64,000 nucleotides of DNA from an uncultured Haloferula sp. GTDB taxonomy: Bacteria > Verrucomicrobiota > Verrucomicrobiia > Verrucomicrobiales > Akkermansiaceae. The position numbers were made by a program, and so were the translations under genes. The notes beneath the pieces were generated by a model. The model searched no databases and was not told the DNA's origin. It saw only the letters and a list, made by a program, of their open reading frames with translations. This document shows, piece after piece, positions 51,070-60,679 of the stretch. Each line of letters starts with the position of its first letter. Position 1 is the stretch's first letter. The stretch is from NCBI GenBank assembly GCA_965652295.1, contig CBFGTS010000009.1, positions 133,066-197,065 on the forward strand. Reading direction: 5' to 3'.

Positions 51070-52206
51070 ATGCACTTTCCCTGCGGCCACCTGGCCTACT
51101 GCACCAACATCCATCCGGCCGAAAGCTGGGAGGAAACCCGCGCCGTGCTGGCCCGCCACACGCTCGCCGTCCGGGACCTCGTTTCCCCGGCCGAAGGGCC
51201 CTTCGCCATCGGGCTCCGGCTGTCCGCCCGCGCCGCCCGCGAGCTTCTCGCCGGCGACCAACTCGCGCACTTCCGCGACTGGCTGGAAAAGGAGCGCTGC
51301 TACGTCTTCACCATCAACGGCTTCCCCTACGGCGACTTCCACGGCACGCGGGTGAAGGAAAACGTCTACCGGCCCGATTGGGCCGACCCGGCGCGCCTCG
51401 AATACACCAAGGAGCTGCTCACCATCCTCTCCGAACTCGCCCCACCCGAAACAGGCGGCTCGGTTTCCACACTGCCGGGATCCTTCAAGGCCTTCGGCAC
51501 CGACGACGAACTGATCCGCACCAACCTGATCGAACTCGCCGGCTTCATGGACGCTCTGTCCGAGGTCTCCGGTCGCGATCTCCACCTCGGCCTCGAACCC
51601 GAGCCCCTGGGCCACTTCGAAAACACCGAGGAAACCCTGCGCTTCTTCGATCGGCTGCTCGACCAGGCCGGAGATCACGAGCGGATCAAACGCCGCATCG
51701 GCATCAACTACGACTCCTGCCACTTCGCGCTCCAGTACGAGGACCCCCGTAGCTCGCTCGGTGCCCTGACCGCCGCAGGGCTGCGCATTTCAAAAGTCCA
51801 TCTTTCCGCCGCCGTCGCGCTCGATCCCAGGGTCCCCGGCTCACTGGATTCGATCCGCCGTTTCGACGAGCCCACCTATCTCCATCAGGTCATCGAACGC
51901 CACCCGGACGGCCGCCTGACACGTCACGCGGATCTGCCCGACGGCCTCGCCGCCCACGCCGCCGGATCGGATGCGGAACAATGGCGGGTTCATTTCCACA
52001 TCCCGCTCGACGCCCAGCCGGACCCACCGCTGCGTTCGACCCGCCAGCACGCCATCGACACCCTCGCATGGTGCCGCGAGCACCCCGGAGCGTGCACCCA
52101 TTTCGAAATCGAAACCTACACCTGGGGCGTGCTGCCCGCCGAACTTCATCGCGAAGTCGAAGACCAGATCGCCGCCGAGTATCGCTGGGTCTTGCAGCAC
52201 GTCTGA
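51070..52206 (+). CDS. eboE: EboE (xylose-isomerase-like TIM barrel)
   Basis: LAYCTNIHPAE, TINGFPYGDFH, VKENVYRPDW, LEPEP, EPTYLHQV, WRVHFHIP and EIETYTW. Confidence 0.9.
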   Translation: MHFPCGHLAYCTNIHPAESWEETRAVLARHTLAVRDLVSPAEGPFAIGLRLSARAARELLAGDQLAHFRDWLEKERCYVFTINGFPYGDFHGTRVKENVYRPDWADPARLEYTKELLTILSELAPPETGGSVSTLPGSFKAFGTDDELIRTNLIELAGFMDALSEVSGRDLHLGLEPEPLGHFENTEETLRFFDRLLDQAGDHERIKRRIGINYDSCHFALQYEDPRSSLGALTAAGLRISKVHLSAAVALDPRVPGSLDSIRRFDEPTYLHQVIERHPDGRLTRHADLPDGLAAHAAGSDAEQWRVHFHIPLDAQPDPPLRSTRQHAIDTLAWCREHPGACTHFEIETYTWGVLPAELHREVEDQIAAEYRWVLQHV

Positions 52207-52214
52207 AAGCACCC

Positions 52215-53207
52215 ATGCGTCCCTTGCTCGCCAGTCTCCGGATTGCCAACGCCCCGAGCGTCGTCAGCAACGTCGCCTTCGGCATCCTGCTCGGCGGTTG
52301 GTACTGGGGCTTCGGGCTGCACGACAGCATTTCCACCGGCTCGGTGTTGGCATGGGCCTCGGCCGTGGGACTGCTGCTGCTTTTCGCCGGAAACCTGCTG
52401 AACGACTGGCATGACCGCGACTGGGACGCCCGCCACCGGCCCGAACGCGCGCTGCCCTCGGGTCGGTTCCCGCCGCGGCTCTATCTCGTTCTCGGCGGCA
52501 TCATGCTGGTCGCCGCGCTCGCCCTCTCCGCGTTCCTCGGGCTTGCGGTCGTCATCAACACCGCGCTGATCGCCGCCTGCATCATCGTCTACACCCTGTT
52601 CCACAAACGCTGCCTGTGGGCGGTGATCCCGATGGCCGCCTGCCGCGCCGGGCTCTACGGCTTCGGCTTCCTGTTCTTCTCGCCGCTCGGCCCGCTGGAT
52701 CTCGGAGCGTCCCTTCCAGGCACCGGCGGTGGGTTTGCCGAAACTCTCGAACCCCGCACCCGCGCCATCGGTTTCGCGCTGATTCCGATGATCGGGTTGT
52801 TCGGCTACCTCGTCGGCCTGTCGCTCAACGCGCGCTACGAGAGCCTCGAACGTCCGCCGCCCGGCATGGTCTTGATCGCGCGATCCCTGCTTTTCCTTCC
52901 ACTGGCCACCCACTCATGCTGGTGGATTCCGTGGTATCCGAAAATCGGCACCCTCGCCCTGCTGCCCTTTGCCCTGTGGCTGCTCATCGCGCTGCTTTTC
53001 CATCGAAAACGTCTGCCCGCCTTCGTATCCGCCCTCCTCGCCGGGATCCCGCTCATCGATTTCATCGGCATCGCTCCGGCCGTTTCCACCGTGCTCGGGC
53101 CCGATCAGGTGATTTCCGACGACCCCCACGCCGTCATTGGCTTCGCCGTCACCCTCGGTGCCTTCGCCCTCGCGAGGCTTCTTCAAAAGGTCGCGCCAGC
53201 CACATAG
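52215..53207 (+). CDS. UbiA-family prenyltransferase (EboC-like)
   Basis: LRIANAPSVVSN, LNDWHDRDWD, RPERALPSG and MAACR; multi-TM; directly after eboE. Confidence 0.8.
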   Translation: MRPLLASLRIANAPSVVSNVAFGILLGGWYWGFGLHDSISTGSVLAWASAVGLLLLFAGNLLNDWHDRDWDARHRPERALPSGRFPPRLYLVLGGIMLVAALALSAFLGLAVVINTALIAACIIVYTLFHKRCLWAVIPMAACRAGLYGFGFLFFSPLGPLDLGASLPGTGGGFAETLEPRTRAIGFALIPMIGLFGYLVGLSLNARYESLERPPPGMVLIARSLLFLPLATHSCWWIPWYPKIGTLALLPFALWLLIALLFHRKRLPAFVSALLAGIPLIDFIGIAPAVSTVLGPDQVISDDPHAVIGFAVTLGAFALARLLQKVAPAT

Positions 53208-53335
53208 GAGGTGGGACGCCCTCGTCCCACAATCCCGGCAGCGATGGGAGCTCCTCGATGCGGACGGGATGGAGAAAACGGGTCTTTTGACAGGAGAGGC
53301 TGCACCGTTGTGGGACGAGGGCGTCCCACCTCCTA
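53205..53335. repeat. REP doublet (family 1)
   Basis: Perfect inverted 28-mers TAGGAGGTGGGACGCCCTCGTCCCACAA at 53205-53232 and 53308-53335. Confidence 0.85.
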
Positions 53336-54370
53336 CTCACGCCACATCTCACAGGCGTGCGCCGCGAAGCCCGCCCCGAACGCCGTCAGCCACCATCGCG
53401 AGTCGCCGTTCACAGTGGCAAGCGCCCGTTCCACGGCGAACATCACCGACGGGCTGCTCATGTTCCCGCAATCCGCCAGCACCGCGCGTGTCTCATCCAG
53501 CGGCCGACCCAGCCTTTCCTCCAACGCCTCGATCACGTCGCGTCCACCGGAATGGGCCAGCACCCGGTCCGGTTCACTACTACATTTCTCGTACAACTGC
53601 CCCACCGCCTCCGCCGCCAGCGAGGGCACGGCCTTGTCGAGCTGATTGCGCAACTTGCCGCCGGCATTCACGAAGCGGATCTTTTCCCGGTGCTCGGGAC
53701 GGTGGACGGTGGTGAAATGGCCCGCCCGCCACTTCCCCTCACCCGGCTGGTCCGACCACACCGCGGCAGCCGCGCCATCGCCGAAGAGGCACAGCGAGAT
53801 CAGCACGCCCGGATCGTCATCGGCGAAAAACGCGGCGGAGCAGATTTCCACCGCCACCGTCGCCACCTTCGAGCCGGGGTGGGCGGCGAGATATCCCGCC
53901 GCGGCCCGCCAGGTCGGGATCGTCGCCCCGCAGCCGAGCCCGACCAGATCCTGAAAGTACGCCGAATCCCGTAGACCGAGGATTTCCGCCACGTGACTCG
54001 TCACCCCCGGACACAGGTAGCCGGTGCAGGTGCAGACCAGCAGCGCATCGAGTTCCCCGGCTCCGACGCCCGCCTGCTCCAGGGCCTTGCGCAACGCCTC
54101 GGCCGCGAGCACCGGAGCCTCACGCTCGAACACCTCGTTGAGCTGTTGGGCATCGCGACCCACCACCGGTCCGATCTCCGGCAGGCAGAAATGCCGCGAC
54201 AGGATCCCTGACACCCCGTTCGCCAACACCTTGCCGACCAAGGCCCGCGAGCGCGGCTTCAATGCGTCGAAAAGCGGCGTCTCCTTCAGCGCCACGAGAC
54301 ACTCGGGCTGGGTGAAACGGTGGGGCGGCAGGGCGGTGGCGAGGCTTTCGAGGTACATGGGGGAAGTCAT
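53333..54370 (-). CDS. Type III polyketide synthase (chalcone/stilbene synthase-like)
   Basis: TCTGYLCPG, catalytic [21 protein letters not shown] and GNMSSPSV triad motifs. Confidence 0.9.
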   Translation of the reverse strand: MTSPMYLESLATALPPHRFTQPECLVALKETPLFDALKPRSRALVGKVLANGVSGILSRHFCLPEIGPVVGRDAQQLNEVFEREAPVLAAEALRKALEQAGVGAGELDALLVCTCTGYLCPGVTSHVAEILGLRDSAYFQDLVGLGCGATIPTWRAAAGYLAAHPGSKVATVAVEICSAAFFADDDPGVLISLCLFGDGAAAAVWSDQPGEGKWRAGHFTTVHRPEHREKIRFVNAGGKLRNQLDKAVPSLAAEAVGQLYEKCSSEPDRVLAHSGGRDVIEALEERLGRPLDETRAVLADCGNMSSPSVMFAVERALATVNGDSRWWLTAFGAGFAAHACEMWRE

Positions 54371-55380
54371 CGGACGAGGGAAAGAAGCGGACGAAAAGGC
54401 AGCAGGCCGCGGGTGGCCAGAAGCTCGATGAGATCCTGCCCGCGGCCAGGCAGCAGCACCTTGTGAAGCGCCAGCGCGCTGCGCAGCCGACGACGGAAGC
54501 GACGCTCTCCGCGCTCACGCACGCGATGGACCGTCTCGCTCCAGGAGACCCTGCCGCGCGCCCAATCGTGCAGCGGACCGAGTGCCAGCTCGGCGCTTTC
54601 AAACGCCATGCTCATGCCATTCCCGGTGAACGGCGGGATCATGCCCCAGGCATCGCCGATCGCGCACAGCTCCCGCTCCGCCCGCTGCATTCCGAGGTGG
54701 AACCCCGCCACGCCGCACCACGACGATTCGTCAATTTCCGACGATTCCAGCCGCTCGATCAGCTCCGCGTGTCCACCCGCTTTCAGATACCCAAGGAGCA
54801 GCTCCGGCCCCTTTCTGGACATCGACCGATCCACCCGGAAAAGCCCGCAGACGTTGATCCGGCCGTCCTCCACCGGCGAGAGCCCGACGTAGCCGTTCCG
54901 CCCCAGGTGCATTTCCAACCCCCCGGCGTCGGTGAGCCCGATGGCGTGACACTTCAGCCCGATCCAATCGCTCTTCACCGGCAGTCTTCCGCCCGCCCAC
55001 ACCAGCCCCTCCTGCGGACCGCGACGCAGCCGCTCGCCGGTCCTCAGCTCGCCGCCCGCTTCGCGAAATGCCCGCTGCAAGCGCTCATCAAGCCGCCACC
55101 GCGAGATTCCCAGCGCCGGCTCCGGTAGTTCGGTCACGAGAATCTCCCGACCGCAACGGAACCACCTCGCCGTCCGATGAAGTCGGGCATCGGCAAGCGC
55201 CCCGGCGATACCCAGCGCCTCAAGCGTCGCGCCAGAGGCCCCGGAGATGAACTCCCCGCACACCCGGTGGCGCGGATAATTTCCCGCCTCGGAAAGCACC
55301 ACCGGCACTCCTGCACGACGCAGCCCGAGGGCGAGCGACAGCCCGGCCAATCCTCCTCCTGCGATCCGCGTTTCCTTCAT
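54367..55380 (-). CDS. FAD-dependent oxidoreductase
   Basis: [20 protein letters not shown] and [19 protein letters not shown]; stop overlaps the PKS start (ATGA). Confidence 0.85.
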   Translation of the reverse strand: MKETRIAGGGLAGLSLALGLRRAGVPVVLSEAGNYPRHRVCGEFISGASGATLEALGIAGALADARLHRTARWFRCGREILVTELPEPALGISRWRLDERLQRAFREAGGELRTGERLRRGPQEGLVWAGGRLPVKSDWIGLKCHAIGLTDAGGLEMHLGRNGYVGLSPVEDGRINVCGLFRVDRSMSRKGPELLLGYLKAGGHAELIERLESSEIDESSWCGVAGFHLGMQRAERELCAIGDAWGMIPPFTGNGMSMAFESAELALGPLHDWARGRVSWSETVHRVRERGERRFRRRLRSALALHKVLLPGRGQDLIELLATRGLLPFRPLLSLVR

Positions 55381-55393
55381 CCGTCCCACCACA

Positions 55394-55609
55394 CTAGTGT
55401 GGCGATCGCGAAATAGCTGGGCGAAATGCGCGGGAAATTTTTTCCAAGATCAAAGGCGACGAGGGAGCGGATGAATATCCGTGACCGAGGAGCAACGCAG
55501 AGATTGGGAAGAGGCGCCGCGCTCGCGAATCCGGCCGAGCGAAGCGAGCTGATTTTCAAACACTTTCGTTGACTCATTTCGTCCAGGGGTTTCGGGATCA
55601 CCACGCTAG
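55394..55609. mobile_element. MITE copy 2 (216 bp including both CTAG)
   Basis: CTAGTGTGGCGATCGCGAAAT...TTTCGGGATCACCACGCTAG; equals copy 1 plus a 42-bp internal segment. Confidence 0.85.
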
Positions 55610-56212
55610 CACGCGCAATCCCCCGCGCCACGAAGTCCTCTCCGAAAAGCGCCGGTCCTCCAGCCCCAGACCGGCAGCCAGCTCACCCGGCCGGAACCCC
55701 GCGCGAATGCTCACCTCCATGTCGTGACGCGTCACCCGCCCGACCAAGGGATTCATCGTCCGCCCCAGCCACAACGCCCCCGCCGTCCGCCACGGCTCGA
55801 CGGCGACCAACAGGTCGAAATTCCGCACCAATTTCCCCAGCGACCGCAGCTCCGGTCCCTCGAAATGGTGCAGGAAAAGATTCGCCACCAGGATCCCGCC
55901 CGACACCTCCGCCCGGGTAGCGTCGCCCGATTCCCACCCCACCTCCGGCGGCAGACCGTGCGGCCGCGGCATCAGATCGAGCCCCACGACCGGGCCGAAC
56001 TCCGACAATTCCCGTAGCAAGATCCCCTCACCCGCGCCCAGCTCGACGATCCCCTTCTCCGCGGACTCCCGGTGTTTTCCCACCTGCCGCACGATCCAGC
56101 GCGAGTTTCCCATCAGGAAATTGATCCTCCGCAGGTCGGCGCGACTTCGCACCGCCTCCGGGTCGCCCGGCGACAGGCCGTCGAGAATTTCCTCCCTCAC
56201 TTCCCGCATCAT
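55598..56212 (-). CDS. SAM-dependent methyltransferase-like protein of the PKS triad
   Basis: EILD, RSRADLRRINFLMG, ELGAGEG, NLFLHHF and VTRHDMEVSIRAGF. Confidence 0.8.
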   Translation of the reverse strand: MMREVREEILDGLSPGDPEAVRSRADLRRINFLMGNSRWIVRQVGKHRESAEKGIVELGAGEGILLRELSEFGPVVGLDLMPRPHGLPPEVGWESGDATRAEVSGGILVANLFLHHFEGPELRSLGKLVRNFDLLVAVEPWRTAGALWLGRTMNPLVGRVTRHDMEVSIRAGFRPGELAAGLGLEDRRFSERTSWRGGLRVLAW

Positions 56213-56269
56213 TCGGCCCAACATCCCTCGCTGCTTGAAACTGCCAACTTGAAACTTGAATCTCCACCC

Positions 56270-57580
56270 ATGACCGCCCGCGAATCCGCCACCGAGCTCG
56301 CCCACCGCCTCACCACGGCGGGGCACACCGCGCTGTTCGCCGGCGGCTGCGTGCGCGACCGCCTTCTGGGGCACGAGCCGAAGGATTTCGACATCGCCAC
56401 CTCCGCCACCCCCGCCGAAGTGCTCGCGCTCTTCCCCGGCTCCAACGAAGTCGGGGCCCATTTCGGCGTCGTCATCGTCCGCCACCGCGGACACCACACC
56501 GAGATTGCCACCTTCCGCACCGATGGCTCCTACAAGGACGGCCGCCGTCCGGAACAAGTGATCTTTTCCACCCCGGAGGAAGACGCCGCACGACGCGATT
56601 TCACCATCAACGCCCTATTTGAAGATCCCTTCAGCGGCGAAATCATCGATCACACCGGCGGTCTCGCCGACCTCAAGACCAAGCGCCTGCGCACCGTCGG
56701 GAGGCCCGCCGACCGGTTTGAGGAAGACGCCCTGCGCCTTCTCCGCGCGGTCCGTTTCGCCGCACGGCTCGACTTTGAAATCGAAGCAGAGACATGGACC
56801 GCCGCCTGCGAACTTGCGCCGACGCTCGCGCGGATTTCCATCGAGCGCATCCGAGACGAATTCTCCCGCATCCTCACCTGCCCGAGCCGCGCCCGCGGCT
56901 TCGATCGGCTCACCGAGTCCGGCATGATCGACGTCTTTCTCCCCGAAATCCGCACCCTCATCGGTTGCGAGCAGCCGCCGCAATGGCATCCGGAGGGCGA
57001 CGTCTATGTCCACACGCGGATCATGCTCGACCTCCTCGGCGACGACGCACCGCTCCCGCTGTGTCTCGCCGTCCTGCTGCACGACATCGCCAAGCCGCCC
57101 ACCCGGACCATCGATCCCGATGGCCGCATCCGTTTCAACGGCCACGACGCTCTAGGTGCCACCATGGCCCGGGAAATCCTGCAGCGTCTGAAATACCCGA
57201 ACGCGGTCATCGACGACGTCGCCTTCATGGTCTCCCGCCACATGCAGTTCATGCACGTTCAGGACATGCGCGTCGCGAAACTGAAGCGTTTCATGGTCGC
57301 GCCGACTTTCCCGCACGAACTTGAGCTCCACCGGGTCGATTGCGCCTCGTCCAACGGCTTCACCGACAACCTCGAGTTCCTCATCGCCAAGCGCGAGGAA
57401 TTCGCCAACGAGCCCATCGTCCCCCCTCCCTTCATCACCGGTCGCGACCTCATCGACCGCGGCCTCGAGCCCGGACCGGTCTTCCGGGAAATCCTCGAAG
57501 ACGCCCAGACTGAGCAACTCGAAGGCAGCCTGAAGTCCCGCGCCGCAGCCCTCACCTGGCTCGATCAGCGGCTCGCCTGA
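56270..57580 (+). CDS. cca: tRNA nucleotidyltransferase (CCA-adding) with HD domain
   Basis: GGCVRD, DFD, EIATFR, RRDFTINA, EDALRLLRAVRF, HPEGDV and LLHDIAK. Confidence 0.9.
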   Translation: MTARESATELAHRLTTAGHTALFAGGCVRDRLLGHEPKDFDIATSATPAEVLALFPGSNEVGAHFGVVIVRHRGHHTEIATFRTDGSYKDGRRPEQVIFSTPEEDAARRDFTINALFEDPFSGEIIDHTGGLADLKTKRLRTVGRPADRFEEDALRLLRAVRFAARLDFEIEAETWTAACELAPTLARISIERIRDEFSRILTCPSRARGFDRLTESGMIDVFLPEIRTLIGCEQPPQWHPEGDVYVHTRIMLDLLGDDAPLPLCLAVLLHDIAKPPTRTIDPDGRIRFNGHDALGATMAREILQRLKYPNAVIDDVAFMVSRHMQFMHVQDMRVAKLKRFMVAPTFPHELELHRVDCASSNGFTDNLEFLIAKREEFANEPIVPPPFITGRDLIDRGLEPGPVFREILEDAQTEQLEGSLKSRAAALTWLDQRLA

Positions 57581-57608
57581 ACGGCTCGCGTCGTTTCGAC
57601 ATCTTGGC

Positions 57609-58220
57609 TCAGAACTTCACCGCCCAGACCTGGAGTCCGGACATGATCATCTGGACGGCGACCGTGCCGACGAACAACGCGGCGATTCTTCCCACCACTT
57701 CGATGTAGCGCTGGATCAGCGGCTCCCGGCGCGGCTTCACGTAATCATGGAGCCATTTCAGAGCGATGATGACCACCAACGACAAGGCCACGGCCCCGAC
57801 CACCGTCGCGCATGCGATCAAAGGATCGTGCCTTTTCCCGGCCAGCACGCTGGCGCTGATCGTGCCCGGCCCGATGAAAACCGGCATCGCGATCGCGCCT
57901 GCCAGCTGATCGGAATCGCCGCGCAGGATCTCGATCGCGCTCGGCCCCCGGAACACGAACTGGATGCCGATCAGCAGGAACACCACCCCGCCGAAAATCT
58001 GGAACGACGCGAAATCCGCCTGCACGACATCCGCGAACACCGCATCCCCCACCAGCGCGAACGCGCAGAACACCGCCACCGCGATCAAACCCGCCCGCAG
58101 CAGCACCGAGGTGAAGGCACGCTGGTTGAGGCGCTGCACCACATCGACCAGGTAGATCATCAGCAGAAACGGATTGAGCAGGAAAAACACCAGGGCGGCG
58201 GTCCGGAGCGGATCGTTCAT
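57609..58220 (-). CDS. MarC-family membrane protein
   Basis: LLNPF, SFQIFGG and AMPVFIGPGTIS; about 6 TM helices. Confidence 0.85.
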   Translation of the reverse strand: MNDPLRTAALVFFLLNPFLLMIYLVDVVQRLNQRAFTSVLLRAGLIAVAVFCAFALVGDAVFADVVQADFASFQIFGGVVFLLIGIQFVFRGPSAIEILRGDSDQLAGAIAMPVFIGPGTISASVLAGKRHDPLIACATVVGAVALSLVVIIALKWLHDYVKPRREPLIQRYIEVVGRIAALFVGTVAVQMIMSGLQVWAVKF

Positions 58221-58339
58221 TCCGTCAGGCTACGGCATGGAAAAGCCCGCTTACAGACCGAAGGGCTCCTTATTTCTTCACCCGCCACCGCCGCGGGCGG
58301 TGACCCTCGATTCCCTCAGCGAAATCGCTCCACAAGACT

Positions 58340-58744
58340 CTATTTGTGCCGGACGCCGGTTGAAACCAAGGTTTTGCCGTCGGCCGAGAGTTCGAACAGG
58401 CGGGGCATGTCACCCTGTCCGGAGATTGTCTGAACCGACTTGTGGAAGAGCCATCGATCGAGAATGAGGAGCGGCCAGTCGAGCGGGTAGGATTGCGGAA
58501 GGCGGGTTTGGGGTGCATACCGCGTGCGCATTCGCCCTGCGTCGGGCGGACGAGGAGGCGCTAGTTGCCGTGGCTTGAAGTCCGTGGGAAACCAGACCGC
58601 CGAAGCGGTTCCGCCCGCGTGAACGACCTCGTGGTAGGACCCACTACGAGATCGGCACGCGTAGAAGCCAATCCAACACGTCAGGAGAAGCAGAATAAGC
58701 GCTGCCATCCTGCCTAACCATCTGCGACGTGGGAATTTCTTCAT
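58340..58744 (-). CDS. Hypothetical protein with N-terminal membrane anchor
   Basis: ATG after A-rich leader; one TM helix; atypical codon usage. Confidence 0.45.
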   Translation of the reverse strand: MKKFPRRRWLGRMAALILLLLTCWIGFYACRSRSGSYHEVVHAGGTASAVWFPTDFKPRQLAPPRPPDAGRMRTRYAPQTRLPQSYPLDWPLLILDRWLFHKSVQTISGQGDMPRLFELSADGKTLVSTGVRHK

Positions 58745-58869
58745 TTTCTGGTGCGATGAGCACGTGCACTCCTATCGGGTGGAGGCGCGTGTCGATCACA
58801 GGGGTTGGATTGCAGCCAGTCAACCCATCAAAAGTGAACGGCTATTGCGGGTTTTCCCGTCGGCTCTGT

Positions 58870-58980
58870 CACGGCATCGTCGCCAACCTCAACAAAAGGC
58901 CGCGAAAGCGCCATGGCTATCTTAGCCCAAGTGATCTACTCCTCACCGAGACTTTGCGTTGCACTTCACTCTTGAAGTGA
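58870..58980 (+). mobile_element. IS30-family remnant (transposase C-terminus plus right end)
   Basis: Peptide ANLNKRPRKRHGYLSP matches the IS30 C-terminal LNxRPRKxLGxxTP motif; followed by GTTGCACTTCACTCTTGAA, an IS30-like end. Confidence 0.65.
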
Positions 58981-59295
58981 AGCTTTGGTATCTTGCGCGT
59001 TGCCCTGCGGATTCGCATCATCAAGGGCTGCCTCATACTTGTCGATAATGCTGGTGAAAACCCCGTCGTATTTGCTGCTTGCGAGCGCCAAATGAACGAC
59101 GCGGTAGGCAACTAACCCGAAGCCAATCGCGCTCCAAATTGGGTCGCGATCTCCAAGGAACCCGAATGCAAACAATCCGATCCCAACGAGTAAGACCGCA
59201 AGATCATATGTCCACGTCCGCCCTGCACCTGATGCGCTTCCGCTCCGGTAATAGGCTACGATAAACTCCTCTTTGGGATCGAACTTTGGGCGCAT
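58966..59295 (-). CDS. Cassette D: hypothetical two-TM protein
   Basis: Lower GC; ATG about 20 bp after the attC core GTTCGGC; its own attC is replaced by the IS30 end. Confidence 0.65.
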   Translation of the reverse strand: MRPKFDPKEEFIVAYYRSGSASGAGRTWTYDLAVLLVGIGLFAFGFLGDRDPIWSAIGFGLVAYRVVHLALASSKYDGVFTSIIDKYEAALDDANPQGNAQDTKASLQE

Positions 59296-59316
59296 TGTTT
59301 TCAGAGTAGTTTTTCT

Positions 59317-59405
59317 GCCGAACGAATAGGCCATCCACGGCGGGGTGGGAAGCTCGAATTCAAATTATGACGTTACCCGCCGTTGGATGAGCTGGCTTGT
59401 TCTCC
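59317..59405 (-). repeat. attC-like site 1 (89 bp)
   Basis: Minus strand GGAGAAC...CATCCAACGGCGGG...CCCGCCGTGGATG...GTTCGGC; imperfect hairpin with an unpaired base. Confidence 0.8.
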
Positions 59406-59858
59406 ATTCTGATTTTTCGATGATACTTTGTCTTGCCAATGCATTCTGAGCCCGGTTTCCGTCTCCGCCTCGATCTCAAATCCAAGTCGCTCATAAAATG
59501 CGACGACACGCTGATTCGTTCTGAAAACACTGAGCTTGATTGGGAAGCCTTCGTGTCTCGCTCTCAGCTTCAGAACTTCCATCGCCATCGAGCCGAATCC
59601 CAAGCTTTGACAACGTGGATGCAGAGCGAGATTCAAAACGTAAAGGTGGTCAGCTTCTGAACGAGTCTGGATATAGCCGAGTAGTTCACCATCTTGAGTC
59701 AGGATCTCCGTCCGGACTTCAGCCCACTCCTTCTGGAAATTGGCAAACTGCCATTCGTCATTCCATCCCCAGATCTCCTTGATATGCTCCCGAAAGAGCT
59801 CTACATGCATATCGAAGATTACTGCTTTATCTGAAAGTGTTGCAGGCCTGAGATTCAT
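59373..59858 (-). CDS. Cassette C: GNAT acetyltransferase
   Basis: LRPAT, IWGWND, LALHPRCQSLGFGS and LSVFRTN..VAFYERLGF; stop inside attC1. Confidence 0.85.
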   Translation of the reverse strand: MNLRPATLSDKAVIFDMHVELFREHIKEIWGWNDEWQFANFQKEWAEVRTEILTQDGELLGYIQTRSEADHLYVLNLALHPRCQSLGFGSMAMEVLKLRARHEGFPIKLSVFRTNQRVVAFYERLGFEIEAETETGLRMHWQDKVSSKNQNGEQASSSNGG

Positions 59859-59870
59859 CTGCGAATTCTT

Positions 59871-59959
59871 GGAGAACGTCTAGCTCATCCACGGCGGGGA
59901 TGGAAGCCTGAATTCAAATTGGAGCGTTGCCCGCCGTTGGATGGAGCGTCTTGTTCTCT
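59871..59959 (-). repeat. attC-like site 2 (89 bp)
   Basis: Minus strand AGAGAAC...CATCCAACGGCGGG...CCCGCCGTGGATG...GTTCTCC; close homologue of site 1. Confidence 0.8.
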
Positions 59960-60585
59960 TTCTTGTGAGTTGTATCAAGGAGGACTTCGCCATCCGGAAT
60001 TGCTCGATACGGAAGATCATTCTCACGGTAGTAATCCACGACAGCCTCCATGCTTTCTGATTCAAAGTGGTCACACCTGTAGTGAGGCACGATATAGTAG
60101 TCAATGACGCCAAGTCCTTCCCATATTGTGGGGTGCTCATATCCGATGGACTGAGCTTCCGGCTCATCAGCCAAGTGAATGCCCCTCAATGAAGGGGAAA
60201 GAACACAAACACCAGCGCTGTAGCCTCCGTAGAGGAAATGCTTGTCGTCAACCTTGGCATGGATCAATTGGTCGAGCCCGCTGAGGTGCATCGCCTTACG
60301 CAGCAAGAAAGTGTTGCCTCCGAGCACCCACAACATGCCAGCTGTCGTTAGCTTCTCAGAAAGGATGCCGTGGGAACTGAAATAGTCTCGTAGATCCAAG
60401 GCCTCTGCAGGGATTCCGAGATCGGCTAACCGACCAATCTCCCGACCCATTCCAGCCTTGAGACGCTCGGTATCATTCGAGAAATCAAGCGCGTTAGAAA
60501 CCACCAGGGCGGTCTTGCCTCGGGCGAGATGCGCGAGTTTGTGACCTTGATCGCCGATAAGATACGATGACAGGTAGAGGTGCAT
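59914..60585 (-). CDS. Cassette B: peptidase E (S51)/class I glutamine amidotransferase-like protein
   Basis: MHLYLSSY, NALD, LGGNTFLL, YGGYSAG and IVPHY; stop inside attC2. Confidence 0.85.
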   Translation of the reverse strand: MHLYLSSYLIGDQGHKLAHLARGKTALVVSNALDFSNDTERLKAGMGREIGRLADLGIPAEALDLRDYFSSHGILSEKLTTAGMLWVLGGNTFLLRKAMHLSGLDQLIHAKVDDKHFLYGGYSAGVCVLSPSLRGIHLADEPEAQSIGYEHPTIWEGLGVIDYYIVPHYRCDHFESESMEAVVDYYRENDLPYRAIPDGEVLLDTTHKKENKTLHPTAGNAPI

Positions 60586-60591
60586 TTTCTC

Positions 60592-60679
60592 AGAGAACGT
60601 AGAGTGGTGGCACCGGGGAGATCAAGCGCCAATTCAACTAGAGACGTTGTCGCCGGTTGCCACTCACGACTTGTTATGT
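60592..60679 (-). repeat. attC-like site 3 (88 bp)
   Basis: Minus strand ACATAAC...GTGGCAACCGG...CCGGTGCCAC...GTTCTCT; same architecture and TTGAATT loop but different stem sequence. Confidence 0.78.

Noticed and set aside
58340..58870. ORF 58340-58744 as a fifth cassette
   Set aside because: No GTT core before its start and no AAC...GTT hairpin after its stop could be identified.
59317..60679. CRISPR array interpretation of the repeated hairpins
   Set aside because: Repeats are about 89 bp, divergent, and separated by whole genes; no cas genes.
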